Shown one piece after another: positions 1-10,351 of a stretch of DNA of 64,000 nt. Numbering within the stretch: position 1 is the stretch's first letter; every line of letters starts with the position of its first letter. Position numbers and translations under genes: made by a program. The stretch comes from an uncultured Actinomycetota bacterium (GTDB taxonomy: Bacteria; Actinomycetota; Actinomycetes; JAHEKZ01): the NCBI GenBank assembly GCA_963829525.1, contig CAWHIJ010000003.1, positions 544,001 through 608,000 of the forward strand, given 5' to 3'. The notes under the pieces are model-generated. The model saw nothing but the letters and a program-made list of their open reading frames with translations, made no database searches and was not told where the DNA came from.

Positions 1-174
1 CTGAGTGACGCGACAGCAGGAGCCAGCTACATCAGTGCGAACGGGTTCGCGCAACCGTACGGTGACTACGGTCAACTAGCCGTCCGGGCCGATGGTGGAA
101 CGATCGCCGTTTGGGGTGAAGGAGTCTCCTACACGGGACCGGGAAATACCTGGATCAACCGCACAACTCCCTAG
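1..174 (+). CDS. 3' end of a gene truncated by the window edge, possibly a sialidase/BNR-repeat beta-propeller protein
   Basis: Frame 1 is open from base 1 to TAG at 172-174: LSDATAGASYISANGFAQPYGDYGQLAVRADGGTIAVWGEGVSYTGPGNTWINRTTP. GDY...VWG resembles the last blade of BNR/sialidase-like proteins. Confidence 0.5.
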   Translation: MSDATAGASYISANGFAQPYGDYGQLAVRADGGTIAVWGEGVSYTGPGNTWINRTTP

Positions 175-203
175 CGATCCTGCTGGCATGGGAGGGCAGA
201 CAG

Positions 204-1193
204 CTGACGAACGTCGGACGCCGCAGTCTTCTGAAGGCCGTGGGACTCGTGGGGGCTGCGGGGGGCATCGTTGGATGCACGAGCACGGGGGGCCGCGGTT
301 CCGCGGATGCCCTGCGACTTGATCCGTCCGTGAGCCCGTCGCCGTCGACGAGTCCCATGGGTGTCGCGCTCCCAAAGCCACAGCCCTGGGTGCCAAGCGC
401 GAATGACGTTGCCGCTGACGCCAAGGCACGTGCGGTCGGGCTGGTCGAGACCGCAGCCACGTGGGAGTCCGGCAATGGGGGGTTCCAGAACGCCCGTCGT
501 CGGCTGAACGAGTCAGGGTTCGATGGCGATCTGGTTGACGACCTCGGGTCAGTGCTCGTCGACGGGGTCGAGTCAGTGGCACGCGTCGTCGTGGCCCAGT
601 ACGGGGGCCTTCTTGCCGACAGCGCATCGGTGCTGGTGGTCGTGGACCAGTGGGTGCTGCGGAGGGATGGGAGGATTCGGGCTGGCGGGACGACACTCGA
701 CATCCGGCTGGCGGTCGACGAGCCTGAGTGGGCCGTCACGGTTGTGCGGCCAGCTCGACCGGGGCGTGCGGTCGGCGGTCTCTCTCGCGCCGCGCGGCGT
801 CTACTGGCGAGTACTCGTGTGACCTTGCCGGAAGCTGCCGCGTCGGACATCCGTGCCGGCGAGATCAACGATGTCGTGCTGAACGCGCTCCATTCGCTTT
901 CAGAACGGCGCCAACTCGATGTCAGCGTCCTCCGTTCAGGGCACCCGGTGCGGGTCTTCGGCACCGACCGGGTGAGCAATCACACCGAGGGAAGGGCCGT
1001 CGACGTGTGGGCCCTCGACGGTCGCCCCATCGTCGACATGAGGGTTGCCCCAGAGCTGACGGAGTTCATGAAGGAGGCCTCGGATGTTGGTGCTTACCAG
1101 GTTGGCGGCCCAACAGACCTCGACGGAGGGGATGCCGTCTACTTCTCGGACGACACCCATCAGGACCACATCCATCTAGGTTTCCCGACCTGA
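204..1193 (+). CDS. Tat-exported lipoprotein with a C-terminal LAS-type (M15/extensin-like) Zn-peptidase domain; start uncertain
   Basis: The frame extends upstream of 240 as LTNVGRRSLLKAVGLVGAAGGIVGC (twin-Arg motif plus lipobox Cys). The C-terminus has H-x6-D (HTEGRAVD) and HxH (HIH). Confidence 0.65.
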   Translation: MTNVGRRSLLKAVGLVGAAGGIVGCTSTGGRGSADALRLDPSVSPSPSTSPMGVALPKPQPWVPSANDVAADAKARAVGLVETAATWESGNGGFQNARRRLNESGFDGDLVDDLGSVLVDGVESVARVVVAQYGGLLADSASVLVVVDQWVLRRDGRIRAGGTTLDIRLAVDEPEWAVTVVRPARPGRAVGGLSRAARRLLASTRVTLPEAAASDIRAGEINDVVLNALHSLSERRQLDVSVLRSGHPVRVFGTDRVSNHTEGRAVDVWALDGRPIVDMRVAPELTEFMKEASDVGAYQVGGPTDLDGGDAVYFSDDTHQDHIHLGFPT

Positions 1194-1217
1194 CGTGGCC
1201 ACGGTTGCAGCGGGTGC

Positions 1218-2330
1218 TCAGGCCTCGCCCATGACCTTTCGGTAGTACTGGTTGAACTGGTGCACGTAGTCATCCTTGGCCGGGTAGACGCCATGCGCGA
1301 ACCCGCGTGAGGTGATGCCACGTTGCACCCGCGCGGAAACGGCGTAGTCCTGACCGGCTACGAGCTCACAGAAGTCGACAACTGGCTGATGGTCGAAGTC
1401 TGGCTCGGCGATATCCTCTGGAAGGAAGAGGTACTCGGTGAGCACCCGCGTCTGGGTTGGCCCCTCTGGCACCAGGCGGGTTGCTACGACGTTGCTTCCG
1501 GCGACGTCGATGAACATGTTGGGGAACACTTGGCTGCCGTAGATGGAGTGCGCCATCTCGTCGTTCATACCGGGGAGCACTGCCTTTCGTGCGCGCGGGT
1601 CGTCGGAGTAACTGGTACCTCCTGTGATCAGCGCGACACCGCCGTCTTCGCGGCTCCGGTCGCCCGTCATGCCCTTCTTGTAGGTCGGGACGACCTCGAC
1701 AAGCTCCGGGTGCACGATCGGGCAGTGCAGGCACTCGTTGTAGTTCTCGATGATTATCTTCCAGTTTGCTGCGACTACAGACTCAGTGCGGTGCACGGTG
1801 ACCAGGCGGTCCATCTTGTGCTTTTCGAAGCGGAGGGGAGAGTCGTAGTGGGCATCGAGTGCCTCGCGGAGCGGGGTTGGTGTGGTCCGGCTGAGGTTGA
1901 CGAAGAGAAACCCTTGCCAGTCGTCGACGTGAACCGGCTTGAGGCCCAATACCGAGCGGTCCACCTCACCCTCGTCAACGCGTGGTGTGGCGACGAGAGC
2001 TCCGTTCAAGTCGTAGCACCATGCGTGGTACGGGCATTGGAAGACTGCCTTCGTCTCCCCGCGGACGTCGTCACACAGAACTGCGCCACGGTGGCTGCAG
2101 ACGTTGTAGAAGGCCCGAAGCTCGCCCGCGTCGTTGCGCGTGACGAGCACACCCTGTCCGGCAATGTCGATGGTGAGGAACTGCCCCGCAGTAGCCACCT
2201 GGTCGGTGCGTCCAGCGAACACCCACTGCTGGTACCAGAGCTGCTCCTGCTCGACGGCGTACTGCTCGGGTGAGTAGTAGTGGCCAGCAGGCAGGGTGTG
2301 GCGTGCCTCCGTTGGCGCCTCGATGGTCAT
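1218..2330 (-). CDS. Rieske non-heme iron oxygenase alpha subunit (glycine betaine/choline/carnitine oxygenase-like)
   Basis: CSH-x17-CPYH Rieske motif; NWK...ENYNECLHCPIVHPE mononuclear iron motif. Confidence 0.9.
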   Translation of the reverse strand: MTIEAPTEARHTLPAGHYYSPEQYAVEQEQLWYQQWVFAGRTDQVATAGQFLTIDIAGQGVLVTRNDAGELRAFYNVCSHRGAVLCDDVRGETKAVFQCPYHAWCYDLNGALVATPRVDEGEVDRSVLGLKPVHVDDWQGFLFVNLSRTTPTPLREALDAHYDSPLRFEKHKMDRLVTVHRTESVVAANWKIIIENYNECLHCPIVHPELVEVVPTYKKGMTGDRSREDGGVALITGGTSYSDDPRARKAVLPGMNDEMAHSIYGSQVFPNMFIDVAGSNVVATRLVPEGPTQTRVLTEYLFLPEDIAEPDFDHQPVVDFCELVAGQDYAVSARVQRGITSRGFAHGVYPAKDDYVHQFNQYYRKVMGEA

Positions 2331-2368
2331 CGTCCCTCCGTCAGGATCGCTTGCCGGGCCTACTCAAG

Positions 2369-2386
2369 TGACTGAACGATCAGTCA
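2369..2386. promoter_or_regulatory. Perfect palindromic TetR/BetI-like operator between divergent genes
   Basis: TGACTGA-ACGA-TCAGTCA in the 2331-2487 intergenic region. Confidence 0.65.
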
Positions 2387-2487
2387 GTGAAGCAGGATAC
2401 CGCGACACCCAGGTCCTGGGGAAGAAGGCGGGGACGCTCACCCAGGTGGTGTCGTAGGGTCGTTCGGACTGAGGGCGGGAGCGCCGG

Positions 2488-3729
2488 GTGGACGTCGTGG
2501 TGGTCGGGGCGGGTATCGGTGGGCTCACGGCTGCCCTCAGCCTCCATGCCGCCGGACTTGACCGGGTGCAACTGCTCGAGTCGGCGACCCGGATCCAACC
2601 ACTTGGTGTGGGGATCAACGTGCTCCCGCACGCGGTCCGGGAGCTGACCGAGCTGGGCCTGGCGGACGCTCTGGACAAGATCGGCGTCGCCACGGCCGAG
2701 CTGGCGTACTACGACCGCCACGGAAGCAGGATCTGGTCCGAACCGCGCGGTCTCGATGCCGGTTACCACTGGCCTCAGTACTCAGTGCATCGCGGCCACC
2801 TCCAGATGCTCCTCCTCGACACCGTTCGGGAACGACTCGGGGCAGATGCGGTGACTTGTGGCGCCAGGGTGCGCTGGGTGAGTAGTGACGACGAAGGGGC
2901 CACCGTCATCTGGGGTGACCTCGACCAGCCCCGGCAGACGCGGGCAGATGTCGTGGTCGCCGCCGACGGGATCCACTCGGCGGTGCGCGCAGAGCGGCAC
3001 CCCGACGAAGGATCACCGATCTGGAACGGGTCCGTGCTCTGGCGCGGCACCTCGTACGCGTCCCCCTTCCTGACCGGCCGAAGCATGATCATGGCCGGTC
3101 ATCGTGACCTGAAGTTCGTGGCGTATCCGATTGGGCCGGTCCGCGACGGCGTCCAGCTGATCAACTGGATCGCCGAACGTCGAGCGCCTGACGAGTACTT
3201 CGCCCCCGAGGACTGGAACCGCGAGGTGGACACGGAGGTCTTCGCCGACCACTTCAAGCAGTGGCGATTCCCTTGGCTTGACGTCCCACAGCTCATCTCG
3301 ACCGCCTCCACCGTCCTGGAGTACCCGATGGTCGACCGCCCGCCGTTGGATGACTGGACCGAAGGAAGGGTGACCCTTCTGGGCGACGCCGCACATCCGA
3401 CTTTTCCGATCGGGTCCAACGGTTCATCCCAGGCCATCTTGGACGCCCGCGTCCTGGCCAGCTGCTTGGCGTCGTACCCCGTGGACGAGGGCCTTCGGCG
3501 TTACGTGGACCTCCGGCTTCCACCGACGCGGGCCCTGCAGCAGGCGAACCGCTCGATGGGACCGGAGATCGTCATGCAGCTTGCGCACGAGCGGGCGCCA
3601 GAGGGATTCGCCACCGCCCACGACGTGTTCGCTCCGGGTGAGCTGGCAGGGCTGGCCGCCGAGTACAAGCGGGTGGCGGGGTTCCTCCCCGACGAGCTCA
3701 ATGACCGCGCTTCGTGGAGTGTCCGGTGA
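2488..3729 (+). CDS. FAD-dependent monooxygenase (group A, PhzS/salicylate-hydroxylase-like)
   Basis: GAGIGG Rossmann motif; AADGIHS and LLGDAAH fingerprints. Confidence 0.9.
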   Translation: MDVVVVGAGIGGLTAALSLHAAGLDRVQLLESATRIQPLGVGINVLPHAVRELTELGLADALDKIGVATAELAYYDRHGSRIWSEPRGLDAGYHWPQYSVHRGHLQMLLLDTVRERLGADAVTCGARVRWVSSDDEGATVIWGDLDQPRQTRADVVVAADGIHSAVRAERHPDEGSPIWNGSVLWRGTSYASPFLTGRSMIMAGHRDLKFVAYPIGPVRDGVQLINWIAERRAPDEYFAPEDWNREVDTEVFADHFKQWRFPWLDVPQLISTASTVLEYPMVDRPPLDDWTEGRVTLLGDAAHPTFPIGSNGSSQAILDARVLASCLASYPVDEGLRRYVDLRLPPTRALQQANRSMGPEIVMQLAHERAPEGFATAHDVFAPGELAGLAAEYKRVAGFLPDELNDRASWSVR

Positions 3730-4142
3730 CACCGATCGCGGCGCCTCGGCTGCGATGGGTAGCGCACGCCGCAGTTGAGGTCGGTGCCCCTATTCCGCTG
3801 GATGTGGTGCCCGATGGGCGTCGGCAACTGATTCCGGTCCGAGGTGGTCGGGTAACCGGTGAGTGGAACGGCACCATCCTCGACGGCGGCGCAGATCGGC
3901 AAACCGTCCACGACGACGGGTCGGTCACCATCGATGCCCGCTACCCGGTGCAGATCGGCGACGGGACCACGGTGACCTTCATCGCCAGAGGGGTCCGGCT
4001 CGTTGGTGGTGGGGATGGTGCTTTCTCAACCTCGCTGCTGCTCGAGGGTGCGGCCCCGGAGGGCATAGGAGCCACCGTCTATCTCGCAACGGGGTGCAAG
4101 GGTGTCGGGGCGGTCGAGTTCGACATCTTCGAGGTGGCATGA
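3726..4142 (+). CDS. DUF3237-family beta-barrel protein
   Basis: GTGA overlap with the upstream stop; GRRQLIPVRGG...GGADRQ...IDARY pattern. Confidence 0.75.
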   Translation: MTPIAAPRLRWVAHAAVEVGAPIPLDVVPDGRRQLIPVRGGRVTGEWNGTILDGGADRQTVHDDGSVTIDARYPVQIGDGTTVTFIARGVRLVGGGDGAFSTSLLLEGAAPEGIGATVYLATGCKGVGAVEFDIFEVA

Positions 4143-4609
4143 CAGACACGTCAGACGCACCACCGATGACGCTCGTCTTCACCATCGACGTGTCGGTACA
4201 GGCGCCGGTGCTTCTGGCAGACTCGTCCGCAGGCCGACGTGTCTTCATCCCCATCGTCGGAGGCACTGTTCGCGGCTCCAGCCTGCGGGGCGAGATTCTC
4301 GCCGGAGGCGGAGACTGGGCGGTCGAGCGCCCCAGCGGGGTGATGGACATCCACGCGCACTACCTGATCCGCTCCGACGACGGCGTTGTGATCGAGGTCG
4401 ACAACAGGGGTCACTGGCGCGAAGTGCCAGGCGAGTCACCGTACTTCGTGACGACGCCGGTCTTCTCCGTGGGTTCCGACCGGTACCGGTGGCTCACGCA
4501 CCATGTCTTCATCGGCATGATGCACGAGGTCGATGAGACACGCATCATGATCGATGTCTACGCTGCCGAGCCGCCGAGGAACGTGGGCGGCACGGATGTC
4601 GACACATGA
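4139..4609 (+). CDS. DUF3237-family beta-barrel protein (second paralog)
   Basis: ATGA overlap; GRRVFIPIVGG...GGGDW...YFVTTPVF...YRWL pattern. Confidence 0.8.
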   Translation: MTDTSDAPPMTLVFTIDVSVQAPVLLADSSAGRRVFIPIVGGTVRGSSLRGEILAGGGDWAVERPSGVMDIHAHYLIRSDDGVVIEVDNRGHWREVPGESPYFVTTPVFSVGSDRYRWLTHHVFIGMMHEVDETRIMIDVYAAEPPRNVGGTDVDT

Positions 4610-6091
4610 CCGGCACGCTGCCTGAGCTGTTCGCCACCCGGGCGCCAGACCCCTCTCGACCCTTCCTGCGCGAGGCTCGAGGTGGCGTCGCGCAGCTATC
4701 TCGATCTCGAGACGGAAGTCTCCCGCTGGGCGGGTGGACTGGTGGCGTCCGGCGTTTGCCCGGGTGACCGAGTCGTCTACCAGGTCGAGAAGTCGCCGGC
4801 GGTGCTGACGCTGCACCTGGCACTCCTCCGGTGTGGCGCAGTCCAGGTGCCGGTCAACCCCGCCTACGCGGACAGCGAAGTGGCCGCCCTTTTGGTCGAT
4901 GCGGATCCGGCGCTGGTGATTCGTGATCCCGCAAGGGTGGTGCTTCCCGGCGAGTGGCAATCGCTCACGCTTGATGCGAGTGGCAATGGGAGCGCATGCG
5001 AGCTGGCGAGCGACGCCGACATCGCGATGCCGGCGCTTGATTCAGCTGATGGCGCGGCACTGCTCTACACGTCGGGAACGACGGGACGCCCTAAAGGTGC
5101 GCTGCTGACGCACTCAAACCTTGTCTGCAACGCCAAGACGCTGGTCGACGCATGGGGTTTCAGCAAAGAGGACGTGCTGCTGCACATTCTGCCGCTCTTC
5201 CACACGCACGGACTCTTCGTCGCCACTCACTGTGTGCTGGCAAGCGGGGCTTCGATGGTGTTTCTTCCAGCCTTCGATGTCTCGCAGATCGTGGAGGAAC
5301 TACCGCGGTGCTCGGTGCTGATGGGCGTCCCCACGCACTACTCACGGCTGCTGGCCGATGATCGCTTCAACGCGAGCCGGGTCCGTGGCATGCGTCTCTT
5401 TGTCTCGGGCTCGGCACCGATGACCCCCGCTCTGCACTCGGCGTTCGAGGCGCAGACCGGACGGACTGTTCTGGAACGCTACGGAATGACCGAGACGTCC
5501 ATGCTCACGTCGAATCCACTCGATGGTGTTCGCAAGCCGGGAAGCGTTGGTCCACCGCTCCCGGGGGTCGCCGTGCGGGTCGTCGACGACGAGGAGACGC
5601 CCATGGTCACGGGATCTGTCGGGCACGTACAGGTGCGGGGGCCCAATGTCTTTGGCGGCTACTGGCGGCGTCCAGATCTGGCTGATGAAACCTTCACCGA
5701 GGACGGATGGTTCCGGACCGGTGATCTCGGCGCTTTCGACTCCGACGGCTATCTCGAGCTAGTGGGCCGGTCGAAGGACCTGGTGATCTCGGGTGGTCTG
5801 AACGTTTACCCGCGGGATGTCGAGGATGTACTGGACGCGCTTGTGGGAGTTCAGGAGTCTGCAGTCTTCGGCGTCCCCGACCGGGACCTCGGCGAACGGC
5901 TCGTTGCGGTGGTCGTCGCCGACGATGGCGTTGCTCTTGACCCAGAAACGCTGAGAGCTGCGTCCCGCGAGCAGTTGGCCGGCTACCAGGTTCCCAAGAA
6001 GATCACCATTGTCGAATCCCTGCCGCGCAACGCGATGGGAAAGGTGGAGAAGGGCGCTCTTCGTGAGGCGGCAAGGGGATGGATGACGTGA
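4606..6091 (+). CDS. Malonyl-CoA synthetase (MatB)-like acyl-CoA ligase with an apparent frameshift near 4685
   Basis: YTSGTTGRPKG, ERYGMTE, GWFRTGDLG and PRNAMGKV motifs in ORF 4682-6091. The natural N-terminus (MTGTLPELF...) starts at ATG 4606 in another frame. Confidence 0.8.
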
Positions 6092-7512
6092 GCCACGCAG
6101 AGAGGGCGAGGCTGTTCGACTATTCCGCGCTCGCGCTGAGTGATGCCATTCGGCGCCGTGAGCTCTCCTGCGTCGAGGTGGTGGGTGCCCATCTTGACCG
6201 GATCGACGCTATCGATGAGAGGTTCCATGCGTTCATCAGTCGACGGCCCCGTGACGAGATCCTGAAGGAGGCCTCCGAGCGCGACGGCGATCTGGACCGG
6301 GGTACGTGGCGTGGCTGGATGCACGGTCTACCTCATGCGGTGAAGGACCTAGCGGCTGTCCGGGGGCTACCGACGACGTCCGGCTTCCATCCACCAGCAG
6401 GCACCCCTGCGGCCGAACATGACGACCCGTTCGTAGCCAGGATCCGGGAGTCCGGAGCGGTCTTCATCGGTAAGACCAACACCCCCGAGTTCGGCTTGGG
6501 GTCGCACACCTACAACGCGATTGGACCGACCACAGGCAATGTCGTCGATCCAGCGCTGAGTGCTGGAGGCAGCAGCGGCGGAGCAGCAGTGGGAGTCGCG
6601 TCAGGGATGGTTCCCGTTGCAGACGGGAGTGACTTCATGGGGTCGCTGCGCAATCCGCCTGGTTGGAACGGCGTCTTGGGGCTGCGTCCGTCACCCGGCG
6701 TCATCCTCGGCTCTGGGGAGAACCCGGTTTCGCCGGGTCTCGGGGTCGATGGCCCTATCGCTCGGTCAGTAGGCGATCTATCGGCCTTGCTCGTCACCAT
6801 GGCTGAGCCGGGCATGTTCGCCCAGCACGACGCTCCACACGAGACCTGGCCGCCACGGGTGGGCTGGCTCGGTGACCTGGATGGCTACCTGCCGTTCGAG
6901 GATGGCGTCCTGGAGACCTGCAGGGAGGCGCTGCATCACTGGTCGCCGACAGCAGAAGAGGTCTTGCTGCCGGCCGCCGGCGTCTATCAGGGCACCAGCC
7001 AGCTGTGGCCGACATGGCTGACGTTGCGCCATCTGGAGGTGGGTTCGTGGCTGGCGTCGGAGTTCACCGATGACGAGATCAGCCGCATGAAGCCCGAGGC
7101 GTGGTGGGAGTTGGAAGGATTCCGAGCCTTGGCCAACAGACAGGTGAACTACGCGCGGCAGGTGCAACACGATCTGAGGCGCGCAGTTCTCGCCATGCTC
7201 GACCGGTTCGATCTGCTGGCGCTTCCGACTGCACAATGCTGGCCGTTCAGGGCAAGTCAGCACTGGCCTTCTGCGATCGCGGGCGTGGCGATGGATACCT
7301 ATCACCGGTGGATGGAAGTGACAACGCTCGCGACTCTTGCGGGCTGTCCGGTGATCGTGGTGCCGGCTGGGGTCAACGAAGCTGGCCTGCATATTGGGCT
7401 GCAGCTCATCGGGCGTCCTGGCGACGAACTGGGTCTGCTCTCGTGGGCGGAGCAGGCTGAGCGACGCGAGATCTTCACGGTTGCCCCACCGTCCCAGGTG
7501 TCACGACCTTGA
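6088..7512 (+). CDS. Amidase signature family enzyme
   Basis: AVKDL, GKTNTPEFG, GGSSGG and GSDFMGSLRNP motifs; GTGA coupling to the ligase. Confidence 0.9.
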   Translation: MSHAERARLFDYSALALSDAIRRRELSCVEVVGAHLDRIDAIDERFHAFISRRPRDEILKEASERDGDLDRGTWRGWMHGLPHAVKDLAAVRGLPTTSGFHPPAGTPAAEHDDPFVARIRESGAVFIGKTNTPEFGLGSHTYNAIGPTTGNVVDPALSAGGSSGGAAVGVASGMVPVADGSDFMGSLRNPPGWNGVLGLRPSPGVILGSGENPVSPGLGVDGPIARSVGDLSALLVTMAEPGMFAQHDAPHETWPPRVGWLGDLDGYLPFEDGVLETCREALHHWSPTAEEVLLPAAGVYQGTSQLWPTWLTLRHLEVGSWLASEFTDDEISRMKPEAWWELEGFRALANRQVNYARQVQHDLRRAVLAMLDRFDLLALPTAQCWPFRASQHWPSAIAGVAMDTYHRWMEVTTLATLAGCPVIVVPAGVNEAGLHIGLQLIGRPGDELGLLSWAEQAERREIFTVAPPSQVSRP

Positions 7513-7539
7513 CGCGAAGCAACCCAGTCTCGCTGCGCC

Positions 7540-8544
7540 TCACCGTTTGAGGGTTGCCACCATGAGGGCCTTGATCGTGTGCAGCCGGTTCTCTGCCTGG
7601 TCGAAGGCGATGTTGGCCGACGACCGGAAGACCTCGTCGGTGACCTCAAGGCCGCCCGTGACACCAGTGAGCGCAGCCACCTCACGGCCCACCCTGGTGT
7701 GCTCGTCGTGGAATGCCGGCAGGCAGTGCATGAACTTGGGGTTCGGGTGGCCGGTCTTGGCCATGGCGGCGGCGTTCACCTGGTAGGGCATGAGCTCGCG
7801 GACGCGTGACTCCCACACCTCCGGTGGCTCACCCATCGAGACCCAGACGTCGGTGTGCACGAACTCAGCGCCGCGTAGGCCCTCGTCGGGGTCCTCGGTC
7901 AACGTGATCGTGGCGCCGGAACGTTCAGCATGCTCGCGGGCGATGGCCTGCACTTCGGCGTCCGGCCAGAGTGCCTTGGGAGCACAGATGCGGACGTCCG
8001 AGCCCATGATGGCACCCATCACCAGCAGGGAACGGCCCATGTTGAAGCGGCCGTCTCCCAGGAAGCAGTAGCTGGGGCTGGTCGTGACGCCCTCCGCGTG
8101 CTCCTCCATGGTCAGGAAGTCCGCAAGCATCTGTGTGGGGTGCCACTCGTCGGTGAGCCCGTTGTAGACGGGGACGTCGGCATGCTCGGCAAGCTCTTCG
8201 ATCGTGGACTGGGACTTGCCACGAAACTGGATGGCGTCGAACATGCCGGCGAGGACGCGACCGGTGTCGGCCGCCGACTCCTTGTGACCGAGCTGCGACG
8301 ACGATGGGTCGAGGTAGGTGACATGGGCCCCCTGGTCGTAGGCGGCGACCTCGAAGGCGCAGCGGGTACGGGTCGACGTCTTCTCGAAGATCAGAGCGAT
8401 GGAGCGACTGCTGAGGTGACGCTCCTCGGTGCCCGACCGCTTACCATCCTTGAGCTGGGCAGCGAGATCGATCAGATGCTGCAGCTCATCCCGGGTGAAG
8501 TCGATCTCCTTTAAGAAGTCACGATCCTTGAGGACGTCGCTCAT
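7540..8544 (-). CDS. argF: Ornithine carbamoyltransferase
   Basis: [21 protein letters not shown] and FMHCLPAFH motifs. Confidence 0.92.
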   Translation of the reverse strand: MSDVLKDRDFLKEIDFTRDELQHLIDLAAQLKDGKRSGTEERHLSSRSIALIFEKTSTRTRCAFEVAAYDQGAHVTYLDPSSSQLGHKESAADTGRVLAGMFDAIQFRGKSQSTIEELAEHADVPVYNGLTDEWHPTQMLADFLTMEEHAEGVTTSPSYCFLGDGRFNMGRSLLVMGAIMGSDVRICAPKALWPDAEVQAIAREHAERSGATITLTEDPDEGLRGAEFVHTDVWVSMGEPPEVWESRVRELMPYQVNAAAMAKTGHPNPKFMHCLPAFHDEHTRVGREVAALTGVTGGLEVTDEVFRSSANIAFDQAENRLHTIKALMVATLKR

Positions 8545-8647
8545 CGACGGCACCACCCTTTCGTCGGTTCGGATCCTAACGAGCCTGCGACACCAGGCGT
8601 TGCTAGGTGTCGCGCTCTGCGCGGTGCCAGCACCTACCCTGTGGGCC

Positions 8648-9244
8648 GTGACGAACTTGCCGCGCAATCGGGCCATCGCACTCACGATCTTTGGACTCAC
8701 CGTCGTGCAGCTGGCCGTCGCTGCCTTCGTCCCAGGCCTGGAGCAGTTCGAGGGCAAAGGTTTCGGCGCGAGGCTCATGGCCTACCCCGCGATGATGCTC
8801 ATCGTCCCTGTGCTCTATCGGGTCTGGTCGAGGCGCAGGAGCCCGGTGCCGGAGACGCCATGGGCTGCCTACGCGTTTCTCTGGGCGCCCTTCCTGATCG
8901 ACGTCACTGGCAACACGCTCAACCTCTATGACGCCGTGGTGTGGTGGGACGACGCCAACCACTTCGTCAACTGGTTCCTGCTCTCCGCCGGCGTCGGACT
9001 GATTCTGTCCAGGACTTCCACACTCCCGCCGTGGGCGCTCGGCTGGCTGGTCGTCGGGATTGGTGCGATCTTGGCCATCACCTGGGAACTCGGCGAGTGG
9101 TACACCTTCATCAGACATGGAACCGAGCTCAACACCGCTTATGAAGACACCCTCTTTGACGAGTTCCTCGGGACGATGGGGGCAGGAGTCGCGGGGATCT
9201 GGATGGCGGTCCGTCGAAGGGGTGAGATCAGGCGCGAGGCTTGA
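8648..9244 (+). CDS. Polytopic membrane protein (DUF2238-like)
   Basis: Several hydrophobic helices; [13 protein letters not shown] and DTLFD motifs; TACCCT -10 box 7 nt before the GTG. Confidence 0.65.
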   Translation: MTNLPRNRAIALTIFGLTVVQLAVAAFVPGLEQFEGKGFGARLMAYPAMMLIVPVLYRVWSRRRSPVPETPWAAYAFLWAPFLIDVTGNTLNLYDAVVWWDDANHFVNWFLLSAGVGLILSRTSTLPPWALGWLVVGIGAILAITWELGEWYTFIRHGTELNTAYEDTLFDEFLGTMGAGVAGIWMAVRRRGEIRREA

Positions 9245-10313
9245 CCTTCGTCGGGTCGAAGATTGACAGGTCTGCAACGGTGGCCGTCGTACCACCGACG
9301 TCCACGACGGTGTCGTTACGGGCAGCAGAAGATTCCATGATCGCTAACGCAATGGCACCAAAGCGTGGACTGTTGGTTGGACTCGTGAGCGTCCCAACGA
9401 CCCGTCCGTCTTTGGTGACCTCGGAACCGCCCTCGGGAAGCTCGCCAGCCTCCAGACGCAGCGTCTTCAGACGTCGGGGCGGTTGGGATGCGGTCTTCTG
9501 CAACACGTCCTTGCCGAGGTAGTCGATGTCTGGTGCAAAGCTGACCATGCGGTCCATGCCCAGGTCGAACGGCGTCAACTGACCTGGTTCGTACTCGAAC
9601 TCGAAGACGATGAGACCAGCCTCGATACGGGCGATGTCGATGGCGTTGAAGCCGACCGGCCGAACTCCGGCATCTGCCAAGGCGAGCCAGAGTCGCTCAG
9701 CCTCAGCACGCGTCGGGATGAGTTCATATCCGAGCTCTCCGGAGAACCCGGTACGGGAAATGAAGACTTCGATACCAGCGATCGTCACCGGCTCTGTGAA
9801 CCGGAAGTAGGGGAGGCGGGAGAAGTCGAAGTCACTGAGGGACTGGAGGATCTCGCGCGACCGCGGACCTTGCACCGATACCAGTGGCATCTCGTGCAGC
9901 CGGTTGACCATTGTCACGTCAGCGTTGGGTGAGTGCTCACGCACGAACCCGTCGAAGGTGTCGGTGTTGGTGAAGGCGAAGTATGAGCCATCAGCGCGTT
10001 TGTAGATCGTGCCCTCGTCCATCATCACGCCACCGCCATTGACGAAGGCCCCGTAGCGAACCTGGTCGACTTGTTGGGTGGCCAGGTTGTTGGTGAAGCC
10101 GCGCTGAAGTGCGGCCTGGGCGTCCGGGCCGGTCACGTGCCACTTGTTCAGCGCATAGACGTCCCACATCCCCGCACCGGACCGAAGTGACTCGTACTCG
10201 GCGAGGACATCTCCGAAGTCGAGGGTCCACATCCATCCACCGAAGTCGTCGAAGGTCCCCCCTTGGCGTTCCTGGACGTCAAAGAGGACAGAGCGAATCG
10301 GTGCGTCAGTCAT
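9228..10313 (-). CDS. Aminomethyltransferase (GcvT-like, folate-binding) family protein
   Basis: VQGPRS, SRTGFSGELGYEL and ARIEAGL motifs; no gcvH/gcvP nearby. Confidence 0.85.
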   Translation of the reverse strand: MTDAPIRSVLFDVQERQGGTFDDFGGWMWTLDFGDVLAEYESLRSGAGMWDVYALNKWHVTGPDAQAALQRGFTNNLATQQVDQVRYGAFVNGGGVMMDEGTIYKRADGSYFAFTNTDTFDGFVREHSPNADVTMVNRLHEMPLVSVQGPRSREILQSLSDFDFSRLPYFRFTEPVTIAGIEVFISRTGFSGELGYELIPTRAEAERLWLALADAGVRPVGFNAIDIARIEAGLIVFEFEYEPGQLTPFDLGMDRMVSFAPDIDYLGKDVLQKTASQPPRRLKTLRLEAGELPEGGSEVTKDGRVVGTLTSPTNSPRFGAIALAIMESSAARNDTVVDVGGTTATVADLSIFDPTKVKPRA

Positions 10314-10333
10314 GGCACCACTCTGGCGAGAAC

Positions 10334-10351
10334 TAACTGACCAGTCAATCA
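10334..10351. promoter_or_regulatory. Imperfect copy of the 2369-2386 operator, upstream of the GcvT-like gene
   Basis: TAACTGA-CCAG-TCAATCA; 12 of 14 arm positions match. Confidence 0.5.
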
